DNA of 61,710 nt, filler included, from Sphacelaria rigidula (taxonomy: Eukaryota): the NCBI GenBank assembly GCA_964200075.2. It is 11 parts of 11 records of this genome, joined end to end, with 100 filler letters (N's around TTAATTAATTAA, not from the genome) between each part and the next. Parts side by side here need not be neighbours in the genome. Positions count along the whole stretch, not along the records: positions 44,956 to 50,474 come from CAXNAA020026677.1; positions 50,575 to 56,092 come from CAXNAA020026678.1; positions 56,193 to 61,710 come from CAXNAA020026679.1; 8 more parts are not named here. One strand, 5' to 3'. The first letter of the stretch is position 1. Each line of letters opens with the position of its first letter. The notes beneath the pieces were generated by a model. That model saw only the letters and a list, made by a program, of their open reading frames with translations, was not told the origin of the DNA and searched no databases. Below, one piece after another: positions 49,293 to 61,710 of the stretch. The translations under genes and the position numbers were made by a program.

Positions 49293-51148
49293 TATCGGTG
49301 TTGGTACAATATATCATACCCCGTCATGATGTTCACTCACACAACGAGGTGCTGTGTCGAGCAACCCTCTACAACCTTGCGCATCGTGTGTTTGTATACC
49401 TTGGACCTTCTCAGGGTGTTCACCCGCACAAGATAGATGCTGTGTTGAGAGAACCCTCTTAAACCGTGCACATTATCGAAGGTCAATTTGAGGCTTCTGG
49501 ACCTTGCGAAGGTGTTCACAGGGTCGTCCACAGGGTCTCCACTTTTCGACGGTGTTCACAAGGTGCAGCAAAGTGTCCACTGTGTATTATTGCTTGCTCA
49601 GGAGCAACATATATATGGTGTCAGGTCGCGGTGTGGTTATTTCAATATGAAATGAGTACTATCAGCGCTACGTAGACAATATCTTGTGTTTTTTCTGTAT
49701 AAAAATGTGAAAGCACTGTTTGGAGTTGAACCTTATTTCAATGTTCAACCTTAGTATTTCGAAAATTATCTCTCTGAGCGTCCCTCTCAGCGTCTATCGG
49801 TGCCAACTACTATAAAGCCCATTTTTACAGACAGTTTTTTGTCGGAGATCTCATACTCCTCTGGGCTTTTTGGATTCTGCGTTCAGATTTCTCCGAACAC
49901 GAAGCGAGTTCATACTTGGACAATATACAAAAAAGGGTACACCCTTATGCTTTTGGAGCAAAAGAGGGTAGCGCATTTTCCGCTTTGGGGCGCGGCGCTG
50001 CACGCTGGCTTAACACCTCGAAAACACGCTCCAGCGCTCCAGCCCAACGCCCAAGGTCCCTGGGCAGTATACCCGACCATTTTTTTCACTTACACAAGTG
50101 CTACTGGGCTGAACTACCGCGCCGAAAATGAGAGCCTGTGAGAGTACCCTTTTTTGTAAGCAAAACAGGAGGGTACACCCTGCCCTCTTCTAAAAAGTTA
50201 TATCTACCCTTTTTTGTTCTACTGTTGTTCCTTTTCTGTCAAGTGGTGACTCTTTTTTGTGAAGTGGTGACCGTACCATCATGTCAGCACAAGTTAGGCG
50301 GAGCAGTCACAACCATAAACATTTTCGGTAAAACTACACCCCGCCAAAACAGGCCGAAACCCAACGACCAGAAGAGTGTACCTCCCCTGTTGGTTGGCCC
50401 GAAGGGCCGGAGGATCCAAAGATGCATACAGGTCTCTTGTGTGCCGGACCTCACGAAGATCCAACGAACACGGGNNNNNNNNNNNNNNNNNNNNNNNNNN
50501 NNNNNNNNNNNNNNNNNNTTAATTAATTAANNNNNNNNNNNNNNNNNNNNNNNNNNNNNNNNNNNNNNNNNNNNGGGCGCTGATTGGCTGAGACACATTT
50601 TCTTCCATAGCGCCACCGCTACGGCCTTGAACAAAAATCTGGCTATGTCACCCTCTTGGTCTCTTCATTGCGGTCAGTATGATACCATATATGCGACTAT
50701 TGGGTGCGTATTGCGGAAGGCATTTGCTGAGGACACAATTTTGGGTGATCACCGTGAACCAGCCTGTAGCCCATCTGCAAGGTGGGCGATTTTCGGCAAT
50801 CTGTGTGGAAACATGATGGGCCAAGCCACCGATCGAAGCGATCACAAGGATCTTCCCCGCGCTTCTGGACGTGCTGCTCGACGTGAAAAATTACTGGAAT
50901 CACTTGTGGTTGATCTTGAAAGCAGCGCGGTGCTGGACACCCGCACCCCTTCCCCCCCTTCAAGCGGCGAAGCTTGCAGTCGAAAAGTGTGGCATAACTT
51001 TCGAATGGCATTCTTTCCTTTCCGCAGCGGTAACTGCCCCTCACGACGTCACATGTCACTGGTGATCTGTGTACCAGTTATAACCGAGGCGGCACGAGTA
51101 CTTGAGGACACCACATGACCCACCTCTCTGCCTATATATTTTTTACAG

Positions 51149-54100
51149 GGTACTGCGTGGGATCCGCTGTCCAAGTACATGGCTACACAGAGCAGCGATC
51201 GTTCTTGTCGTGTGTACCAACTTGGTCATAATGGACAGGGTGGGGCGGAGGGCACGTTCGGCGAGTCAGGACGGCCCACGGTTAAGTGCTGCAACGTCAT
51301 CAAGTCCTGCGTAATCACCCGCGATGATGAGCAGGACAAAAGCAATGGTAAGGACGCGCCTGATGCAATACCGGGCAGCGAGGATGATGCGGGGGGTGGC
51401 GAGGCCGTGGCGGGATCTGTGAGACCCGGGGCAGATGGAGGCTCTGTCGATGGAGGCGTACGACACGATGAAAGGGATGAGGTCAACTGCGTAGAAACAG
51501 CCAAAGACAAAACCAAGCCGCCTCAACGAAGAAACATGTTCGTCGACGAGACTGTCACAAGCTTTTTCCGGCGGCTTACGTGGACTCCTGATGGAGCATT
51601 TCTAATAACACCAACTGCCCAAAACTGGGACGCAAAAGCTGGAAAGACACGTTTCTGCACATATCTTTTCACCAGGGGTCATTTTATCAAGTGAGTGTCA
51701 TTTTTGTATCTCGCGTGAAAAGTGATAACCCCAGTTACTCTATGTTATTTCGAGAAGTTACTTCATGACCTACCTTAACATGTGTCTTGTTCACGTCTTC
51801 ATATTTTGCAACCGGTATGCCACAAAAATGGCCGTGTGAGATTCTCACTGCTGTGCGGTTCACAGACGGTCATGTGGCACTTTCACCTTTGCCACCCGGT
51901 TCAAAAATGATGTTGTGGAAGTGTTCTTGGGGGAGCCGATCGTGCGTATTTCGAGCGATTATGCGTGTTTCCGTACCGGCCGGGTCGGCCATTTTCACGT
52001 TTTGAAATATCGAAATATCGTCTCAACGTCTGTTCTCGGAATACCCTCTCACGTGTCACAACAGTCAACAGTCCTTGTGTTTTTTACTGAACAGCGGTTG
52101 TCGGAATAACAGCTGTGTAAGTGGCACAGTAGGTGTCGAATTGATTAAAGAAATCAAAACTGTAACCCTTCAGATACTGCCCGAACCTAAAGTGAGAGAA
52201 TTGCCAGGTTACCAGCAGAGTGCTGTCCAACCTGTTTCACAGGCAAGTTTTTACTCCTCGTGTCCCTCTGGTCACGTGTTCTGTTTCTTGTGTGCATACT
52301 TGACTCGGTCAGGGCATGTGTGACAATCGATTTGGTTCGAGGGCATGTCCACTCACCCGCTTCCCCCTCCTACCCTAGACGCAGTATCATCCCCTCGAAA
52401 GCTGACATATGTCTGACAAAGAGAGGCCACCCGAAAGTGTAGCCAGCCAATCAAAACTGAGCAAACAGTCGAGCCTTCCAATGGTCAGGAGGCAACAGCG
52501 TTACCGTGTAACCGTACACTTATCTGAAGGACTGACTAGATATACGTTGCTAAAGTCTCGAAGCATGAAATGCGCTGTTGAAGCACGCGAAGCATGTACG
52601 CCACAAACAAGCGTTTCGTGCACAGGCTTTTCCCTCGTCATCGCCACGTTCGCACCTGGTAACGAGATCATTTTTTGCACACTTCCGTAGCTGCTCTACT
52701 CGATAAGCTGTTGCCACGCGCAGGGCACGAGAATAATCATCCGATCTCAAGCGTATCTTCTTCGCGTGTTCATGTTCCTGAAGCGTTTCAAGAATAGTTG
52801 CAGGACATCAGGATAATCGTCCGATCTCAAGCGTATCTTCTTCGCGTGTTCATGTTCCTGAAGCGTTCCAAAAATAGTTGGGCGAGATTTTCACTTTTTG
52901 CTGTCTTGTTCAAGGACTTTTCGGTGAGACTTATGCCCAGTACAGAGATAGAGTGTCAGAGGTTGCCCTACACGTGAAAGCCCCCAGATGTTTTTGGCTT
53001 ATCCAAGATATCCATCATATAAAGTACAGCTGTTACGTCCGTGCGCTTCACACCCGTCGCCTGCAGGCCAGCAGTGCGCCTTCCAGGCTTGAACAAGCCG
53101 TCTGTAGCGGTCAGATGCAATCCTCGATTGTTCGCGCTGAAAAGTGACGAAGGCGCTGCAGACAAACCATTAGAGACCCCTGTCTCCGATTTACAATACC
53201 GCGTGGTATTTGCTGTCGTGTCTTTGGATGCTGTGGTCATCTACGACACCGAGCACTCGCACCCACTGACTGTCGCCAGTGGGCTGCATTACTCGGGGCT
53301 CACGGACGCTTGCTGGTGAGTAGATGTGGCAAATGTTCAGGTCATGGCGTGTCTTGATACTTGAGTTTTGGCACGTACAGGCCACAAATTGTGCTGACGC
53401 TTGGAATCAGGTATGGTAACAGTATTCGCATGTATGAGGTAACACTCCACCGCGCAATATTACGCGCCTTGTTTGGACTGCAATTCGATCAGTTTGTGGC
53501 ATCACAGGTGCGAAAATGAAGTCTTCCCAAGCATTCGTTCACCGCACACACCGTTGCACCCTGGTGTGACAATCGGTCCGCCATTCCTGGTGGCGTTTTT
53601 CCATTCTATTTCACTGCACCTATGCTATGCCGAAATAAATTGTGAGGAATTCCATGATCCGCAGAGTTGACTGTGAACAGTCCGTCCGTCATCTCTTGGG
53701 ATTTGATGGCTGAGAAAAACGTCGGTATTAAGCACGTATCCGGTAGCAACAACTCGAAAGCCCTCTTTATTTACACGGATTACTCTGTACTGTACTGTTT
53801 GCTTGAATCACCGACGCGCATGATCCACATTTGTAGATATATCCATTCATATAAACAAATGTTATAGCGCCCAGTTATGTAGCTGGCGTTCTGTTGCCCT
53901 GGCTATTTTTGGTGTTTTTCGTTCTCATCAAAGACGAAGTCTAAATAGAAACAGGAGGGTCTGGGCCCGCAGGCCGTTGCCACCCACATACTTTACATCT
54001 AACCGTGTCGTTATCAGAATCTTCGCAGCGGACAGACTAAGCCTCAAAACTCCATTCCGCGTGCCCAATCATGAACCTAGATTGCTACATTCACCATACT

Positions 54101-55143
54101 CCCAAAATCGAAAGTTTGCGTTGCTCTTTAATTCAGAGCCCAAGTGCCATACAACGACCAAAAGCGCATAACGCTGCCGTACTCCACATGTCCACGGACT
54201 ATCAGGACGTATTCTTCGAACAGAAAGGCTTGGGCGCTATCGACGTTGATCAAGGTGGGCGGCAGTTGTAATTTGACTCCCATGTTTCGGTGTGCAGTCA
54301 TGGATTAAAGCTGCCACCTGGACGGGGTGACCGGGAGCTTGTGACGCTGTGGAGGCTGTGGATGCTGTCGACTCAGCTTACATTATCAGGGTGTCATATC
54401 GTGTTCGAATATGTGTCACTCAAGTACCTTCAACGGTACTGGCGGGTTCTTCTTTATGCCGGACGCTTTATTTTGCCTCGCCATGCAGGTCTGCCGACGG
54501 GTTATCCTTGTTCGTGTCTTCGCAAGATGGCTATGTATCGACTTTCCACTTTAAACCTGGGGAGTTGGGCGAAACAATACCGGAAGCCGGCGTGCCGTTG
54601 CAAACGAGGCGTCTGCACCCAGTGATCTACGGCTGGCGACCAGAAGCAGGCAGCGAAAATGTCCGGGGGACAATGCCGCCATCTGCTCCTCCCGCTGAAT
54701 CCGTGCAAACCAACGCAGCGCGGGAGTTGTCGACCCCGCGAATGCCCGCAAGTGGCACCAAACTCGGGTCAGGAGACGCCGTCGCACCTAGTCCTGGTGC
54801 AACGTTTTCAAAGCCAAAGAAGAAAATCGCGCCAACACTACTGTCCCCAATGCCAGCAGCTCCGGTGCGGCAGCATGCCAAGCCCGACTCGAGCTCTTCT
54901 CCTCAACCATCGATAGCTGTACCGCCGACGCCTTCTTGTGCGGGCGGCGTGCAAGGTGACCGTAAAAAGCGCCGCATCGTTCCCACGTTGATTCACGATG
55001 GTACGGCGGAAACCGCCACACCGAGCGATGACGGCTTGGCACCAGGCTCGATCGGCAGTGCCGCACCTGGAAGAAGTACAGGCCAAGATGACAAGGCTTC
55101 GAAAAAAAAGCGTCTGGCACCGACTTTAGTATCCGCCTTATAG
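51149..55143 (+). CDS. CHAF1B: Chromatin assembly factor 1 subunit B (p60/CAC2/FAS2), last three exons
   Basis: Phase-consistent GT-AG exons 51149-51690, 53067-53315 and 54489-55143. Motifs: GTAWDPLSKYMATQSSDRS, MFVDETVTSFFRRLTWTPDG, LQYRVVFAV...IYDT, LHYSGLTDACWSADG, SSQDGY, plus C-terminal B-domain-like motifs. Confidence 0.93.
52732..52880 (+). repeat. Recent tandem duplication (period 80 bp) in a CHAF1B intron
   Basis: ataatc.tccgatctcaagcgtatcttcttcgcgtgttcatgttcctgaagcgtt.caa.aatagttg occurs twice. Confidence 0.9.
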
Positions 55144-56242
55144 TGTATTGTTCTTGTGGTCGTGTTGCATTTGTCGGGCGCTGACTAGATGGTGCCCCGG
55201 TTCCTGCTGAGAGGGAGCGGTGGTTGGCATCCTAGTGCTGACAAGATGGCGCTATATTTGAAGGCAAACGCCGTGGACGGCGAGTCTCAGCAGACGTTGA
55301 CGGTCATACCTGCACTTGGGTGCTTCTTGTTACAGTTGATCGTGCGTGAGCTGTGGGTGGCTACTGTAACTGCTTGCTTTCTAGAACTGTATTGTTCATT
55401 CGTACACAGGTGTCTTCCATGTATTTTGAGTTGACCCATACGCTCGGCCACTGTAGTGTTCGTGAGCGCCTCCCGCTGTAGATACTGTTGAAGCTTATAA
55501 GTACTTTCGTCATTTTTTTAGAATACCGAAGCTTACGATTCGGAGGCACGCCGAGCTAAGACTAGATGCGTGTTGGAATGGACTCACTTCATCCAACAAT
55601 GACGAGAAGTATTCGTCACGCCAAGCTATTCCGCGCACATGAGTCACGCTGCTGGCCGTCAGGCCTTCGAGTATCGCAAAGACCAACGGCAACAACGTTT
55701 TCGTGAGACTGAGAGTGTAGGATTCGATCAAGTCAGTTTTTTCATGTTCACTCGAAAAGTTGCTGCGTGACCCGGATTCCTAACCCTGACCGCCAAAGGG
55801 TTGAAATTCCGAGGAGTTAGTTGTTGGATGTATGTTTTGAGATCAAAGACCTATATACTACTCTCTGGAATCGCGACGGGTCAATATCCTACAACCGCAT
55901 TCAACGCATCAATCGGAAGAACAATTTTGCAACACATAACATTTCGTACTACAGAAAATCCTAACCTGTCCAACGTGTAGCGGCGCATTGATGAGAGAAA
56001 TGTTTTGACGGTTGGTACAGGCTGGGCCACCCTAGAGGCTGCATGAAAGTTTGCAGGCGGATGCGCCGGCCAATATTTGGAGTCAGACCCTGNNNNNNNN
56101 NNNNNNNNNNNNNNNNNNNNNNNNNNNNNNNNNNNNTTAATTAATTAANNNNNNNNNNNNNNNNNNNNNNNNNNNNNNNNNNNNNNNNNNNNACAAGCAT
56201 AAAAGAGGAGGACAAGAGATGGGGCGTTGGAGGGGGGTGGGG

Positions 56243-56276
<34 letters not shown>

Positions 56277-58694
56277 AGGGGGCTCCGTGTTCGAAAATCT
56301 TCTCCCGACAGACCCTTGCCGAAACATGTTTTTTCTCAAACCAATCTCAAGTCTCCTTGGACTTTCTCAGATGACGGGTTTGCATGGACAGGCAATCCGT
56401 CTGCTTTACGGCGGGAAACACGGACTTCGCAACCGCAGGGGCTCATGCAAAAACGTGACACACAAAAACCCAAGCAAACAATCTGAAGCCGAGAGCGCCC
56501 CTGCACGCAACTGAAGAAAAATATACACGTGTTACTCATGTCGCAGCTGATCATGTGTTCTCAATGGAATATGTTCAGCAATGAAAGAGAGTCGATGATG
56601 AGTGTCAGATGCGCGACGAAATATTCACTCATATACCTTCGTCCAAATCCACAGACAGGTTCAAGGATCCGGCGTTTCTTGCCATTGTTGGTCCAATCCT
56701 GCCACCCTGGTACTATGTTATGAAAAAAAAAAATGAAGACACCAACACACAAAGGAAGGCGCAAAAATCACGCACGAACACTCGCCCCACACTCGCACCG
56801 GCTCCAGCTCTCGCTCGTCTGCAGATACCAGTGTTCGTTCGACAAAAAATCGTCCAGCCTCGGAGAAGAGGCAGCCGAAAACGTGTCGTTGTTGACCCCT
56901 ACAGTGCTTTCGACGAGACTCAAATGTGGGCGCGAATCTGTTTGCGAACTGATTGGGCGAATTGAAGATATCGCCCCTGTAATACAGGCCGCGAGTCTTC
57001 ACAAGGTGTATTCTCGGCACTACCGCATTAAACTCGACAGTTTCACAGACACATTTTGTGTGCGCCCAGCATCTGGAAAGCTCGAAATGCTGACGAGACA
57101 GAAATGGTCTCCCGAGGTTGTTAAAAGTAGAGACATTATTACAGTGAGAACAATCACGCGGAGGACAAAACACGATTTCGAAACTGACCCATGGTCAGCA
57201 TATAGAGGTGGCGTCCCGGCTAGAACGCTGCGCACACTTCCAGTGTTCGGCTGCGTCCTCTTACATCAACTGCACTAACCATACGGATATTGCTGTGGCC
57301 AAGTGTCCGACCCCAGTTGATACCGCTTGTATTGTACAGAACCTGTAAATGATGTGCGCCGCAGTACATAGGTTCATCCATCTGTCGCCTGCGAGGAAGA
57401 CCCGCCTGCTCACGCTATGACTACGCCATCGTCACTGTGGCTGATACAAATAATAATCTTTGCATCACTCTATTCCGAGACGAATCTTGGGCCTTGACCA
57501 TGCCTCGGATAAACAACTCTATTTACAAACTCATTCGCCCTACAGGTCTCCTCATCGAGTTGTTTTTTCGCCAAGGCAAGAGATCACACCAAATCAGACC
57601 ACGTCTGATGAACTTGCGGATGAATATTAATATTTCCCGAAGCAAACTCAACAAACGCCCGCGGCCTCGAGCAACACAACGAAGGCTAACTGACCGCTGT
57701 TACTCGATCCACGCCAGCTCGCGACCTTGCAAACCAGACATACCACACCTTGCTAGCGCAATACTCTGCACATACATATCGTGCGTGTTGGAGCATGTCG
57801 CGATAAATACGAGTGTAATCCAACAAGCAATGACGCGCACAGCCGGAAGAACTCCCCGATTGATGATGGGGATAGCCCACTTTTACAAGTGTGAAGCGAA
57901 GAGCACATCCAGCTTTCCCGAAAAATCTCCACAGCACATACATATTTTTGTAACACCCCCGCATGTTCTTGTGTTACTCTGCGCCACGGTGAACCCCATG
58001 CTCTTGCAGGTGACAGTTGTGTCCAGGATCCACGTAAAACGTGCGTGTTTTTGTGTACATGCGCAAAATACCAGCGTCTCACAACAGCCCACCCGTCATG
58101 GGACGCAAGACCTGGTGCTTCGAAACAACGCGCGCTTTTTCTTGGACTTGCTCCACAAGTCTCGCCTTTTCTCAGCACCCGCTCCCGTATTTAACGCGCT
58201 ACCACCTCTGGAATGAAAATAATTTATACAGCTTGCCCTACGTGACGATTCGGACGCCTTGCTCGGACCGCCGGTACCTGCCCTCATGGAATACAACGCA
58301 GTGTACTCCGAACATCCTCACGAGCGGAAAATGTTATTGCAAATGGCTACATACATACAAAGCCGACAGAACGCGACGATTCATCTTGACACATTGCTGC
58401 CCTAAGACAATATCGCCTCCGTTACTTCTGCCTCCGTTGGGGGACATGCCGTCCAAAAACATCTAACATGGCTTTAGTAGGGTACAACATAAGCTGCACC
58501 CAGCACACGTGCACCACACGCGCCACTTCCCTGTACCCTTGTCAGTCTGGATCGCCGGACGCAGTGTCAAAGACAGCTACACATACGTCAAGATTGTCTT
58601 GACTCTGTACATAACCCCACGCGGCAAAAATACAATTCCATTACAACACGGTCGACTACGCAAGGCTACCGCCCTGTTTCGCAAAATATAGCAA

Positions 58695-60662
58695 TCAATG
58701 ACTGTCTACTACCTTACTACAAGCAGCGATGAGAGCTGCGGCGACTCCAGCAACGGCGATCACGCCACCCGCAATCACTCCTTTATCTTCGAAGATGCTC
58801 TCCCCCTGGTACCGCGTACTCCCGACATGAACAAGTCCAACACCCGCGGGCAGACGCCGGACTTCGTCGGACTTATGCTCGAACCGTATGTGCTCGATCC
58901 CCCGGGACATCAAGCTGGTACCATCGACTAGTTCAGTGCTGTTCGCTACTGTAATATCCGCCACCCGTGCTTCGTATGCTTGCGCTAACTCCTCAGATAA
59001 CGCCATTGGCGCATTGAAGGTGTAGATTGAAAGTCTCGACAAAGCGCAGCCTGTTTCGTAGGCTGCTGCGCCCTCTGGTCGTCTCGTGGCGGGGTCCGCC
59101 AGATCTCTATCCACCTGTACACACGGTTTAGTAGAAAACAAGACGAAAAGCGAGCGGCGCCCCGGAGACGATTTGTATAGTTCCGAGATTCCTGACTGCA
59201 GGCCATATTTGAAAGTAAACACTGTAGAAGAAAAAGAAAAAAGGCATCCAGTGAAAAACTGGAGGATCGAAAACGCCTGACTTGTACAGCATTGCAAGCC
59301 AAGTTTGTAGTGTTGTGTTTGGTCGGTGATTGAAACCTGTCGCACCCTGCGTTGGTTACCTGCTTTTTGGAATGTACTACATGATGCAACACCGACGAAG
59401 TTGGTAAGATGGAGATGGTCTGTGAGTTCGATCCTTTTTTGTGCATGCAAGTTAAAAGCGGTGGAGTGGATATTACAGATTTGGAGGAAGCATGCCTGCC
59501 ATCTTTCCATATATCAAATTTTACAACATTTTGTGTTGCCATCACCTAAAACAGAAGGAACTGCTCCCTCGTGAAGAGGACGCATGCTTAGCGGGGCACG
59601 CAGGAATCTGGTCAACATATCACACGTGAAAGACTGAACATTACTAGCTTCACATGAGTATCAAGTAGTAGTAGGTATTGGGGATATAAGTCGTGTACAA
59701 CGCACGAGACGAGTCTCCCTGGGGTCTTCAACATGGATCGAATAACCAGTGAACTCGCACAGACGGCATTCCAGCAGGTAACTTGGGGCAGCACTAATGT
59801 TCTTATATGTTACCCGACGGCATGTACTTTACCGTATCTGCCACAGTATAGAACCCGTACGTTCGATATCACCCCCGTCTGAAATACCCTGAGGTGATGT
59901 TTTTTCGGCTGCTCATGGGACTATGTCGACATTCAACAGTAGTGTATCGGGATATGTTGTATACCACCCCGTAAACACCCCCCCGGGTGGTGAATTTTCT
60001 GATCCCAGCAATACATCGCTCGCGGGTGTGATACTGTCACACCCCCTTATATTATTTTTCTCGTTCTCACTTGTAGCTTCTCCCCTTCGTCAGGACGAGT
60101 CCGTCGTCTCAAGAGATTAACCCGTCTTTCCGCTGGAACATATCTTACATTTTTGGTATCGCGGATGAGATCATAGCTATCAGCACTCCCGCACCGCGTC
60201 GACTGCCGTCTAAGAAACTAAGCCAAACATACCATTTTGGCTACTCACGCCGACACTATTTCAACGACGGAAATATGATACTTGTGAGAAAAAAAGCCAC
60301 GCTAGACCCATCTGGCGGGAATCAAACCCGCAAATTCCCGCCCTGATGATATCAGTTGTACCATTGGACCACCGTGGCGCGACAGCATTTACTCGGTATG
60401 TGCGGCAGTATACCGTTGGAAAGGGGCTACCGAGACGTCGCAGACATTTGCAGGCTCTGCTAGAACTGCGTTGTGTGTAGCAAAGGACTACACGCACCAC
60501 CGAGTCTCCAAGAAGTAGGCGTGCCGCAGCCGTTGTTGCGACTGCGCCGCCCTTACTGTGCCCTGTCAGCCAAACTCTGTTTCCTGCGTTCAGCTGCCTC
60601 CATATCATGCTGCGGAGGGAATCTGCACACCCCTGGACTTTCTCCCCCGGCATGTTCCAAAC
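58695..60662 (-). CDS. Class-3 (fungal-type) lipase, partial (2 exons)
   Basis: Exon 60662-60498 encodes VWLTGHSKGGAVAT (GxSxG nucleophile). Exon 59114-58713 (or to the stop at 58695) encodes IYTFNAP, RFEHKSDEVRRLP and LVHVG. The join is phase 0. Confidence 0.85.
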
Positions 60663-61710
60663 CTAGCGCAAACGACCATGCACACGGGTTCAGGACACGG
60701 TATGGTGGCGCGAGAGGGAGGGCGAGGGTGACGAGATAGCCCACGTGAAATTGGCCCGATCTTTTTGTATGACGTTATACATGGTTCACAATCAAAATGG
60801 TCTGCAATGCAGCGTGCGGACCTCGGCTACTGCGTGAACACTCAAACGATCATCAGGGTAAACACGCGGCTGACATGTCCCAGCACAAACATTTGCTCAA
60901 GGAATCCTCTACAGCCTAGAATCGTCGCATCTGGTACCTGTACAAAACATCTCTCGGCCCGATCTTCGCATATAGCTTGCGGGAAGACTTTGACTCTGGC
61001 CATGTACAGCAGGTGACGGCGTATGACACCACCGGGTGTCTACCGTTTCAGTCACAGTTGCAACGCCTCTCATCTCTATGAAAGGGGCCCACAGTAGTGC
61101 CCAACAGATCCCGTCTACTACTGTACCAAAATACATAATATCTCGACAAGATGCTGCCCACGAACACAACTTCCAACTTTCGGTTCGGGGGAAAATACAA
61201 AATGAAAACCTTCGTCGGCGAGGGATATATTTTCCGCAAACTACTACGAGTGTACGACTGAAGTATTGCCTTCAGCCTGGCAAAAAAAACGTACGGTAGA
61301 GACCCACCTCGTCAAGGGTGTCGTTCCATATTGAAAATACCCGCAATTTGGAACCTGCCGGCTGCCCGTCCTGGACTGTGAATCTCCGTTTCCAGTACCT
61401 GCCATTTTGTTTTCAGGACAAGAATAAAGCGTCTGCGTTCGCGTTTGTAGAACGTCGCTCAGGCTGTGACTTATCAGGTTTTCTTCGATTCGAACGAGTT
61501 TGTGCGGCGGAACTGATTCAGTGCGCTTTGTATGTTTGGGTCCGAGCGAATTTGCACGCTTTGAATCGGAAAGGCTAAGGTGAATTTCGTGAAGCGGTAC
61601 TTCTTTACTACAAGTATAGTACGATACAGACAGTGTTGGGTTTTGCTAGCCTGTGACCACGGAAGGCGTCCGCATCAGATGCCCAGTACGAATGTACCGC
61701 GCAGATATCG

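Larger units (their letters stand above)
5521..56192. other. Ten artificial 100-nt contig linkers (N44-TTAATTAATTAA-N44): 5521-5620, 11141-11240, 16761-16860, 22380-22479, 27999-28098, 33618-33717, 39237-39336, 44856-44955, 50475-50574, 56093-56192
   Basis: All linkers are identical and TTAATTAATTAA places stops in all six frames. Intervening segments are 5520, 5520, 5520, 5519 x6 and 5518 x2 bp, i.e. sorted by length. Confidence 0.97.

Noticed and set aside
57437..58216. 259-aa plus-strand ORF as a gene
   Set aside because: It has no recognisable domain, a non-ATG start and a composition typical of chance or antisense ORFs.

Overview
This is eukaryotic, intron-rich, repeat-rich DNA, most consistent with a brown-algal (stramenopile) draft genome (inference). 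The window is not one locus. It is 11 unrelated contigs of 5520, 5520, 5520, 5519 (x6) and 5518 (x2) bp, sorted by descending length and joined by identical 100-nt N44-TTAATTAATTAA-N44 linkers. I reconstructed five partial spliced genes with phase-consistent exons: CAF-1 p60/CHAF1B (with three B-domain-like motifs), a MORN-repeat protein, a DUF4168-like protein, a class-3 lipase, and an unknown tail-anchored protein with two candidate consecutive GC-AG introns. The rest is mostly mobile DNA: Ty3/gypsy remnants (integrase plus chromodomain, protease with a long upstream region, core-deleted RT), a tRNA-derived SINE family, piggyBac-like, foldback/MULE-like and 4-bp-TSD MITEs, nested insertions and palindromic repeat arrays. 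I found no CRISPR array and no clearly new enzymatic system. The best candidates for undescribed biology are the CTACGATA-core MITE group, the palindromic higher-order array and the long gypsy pre-protease region.
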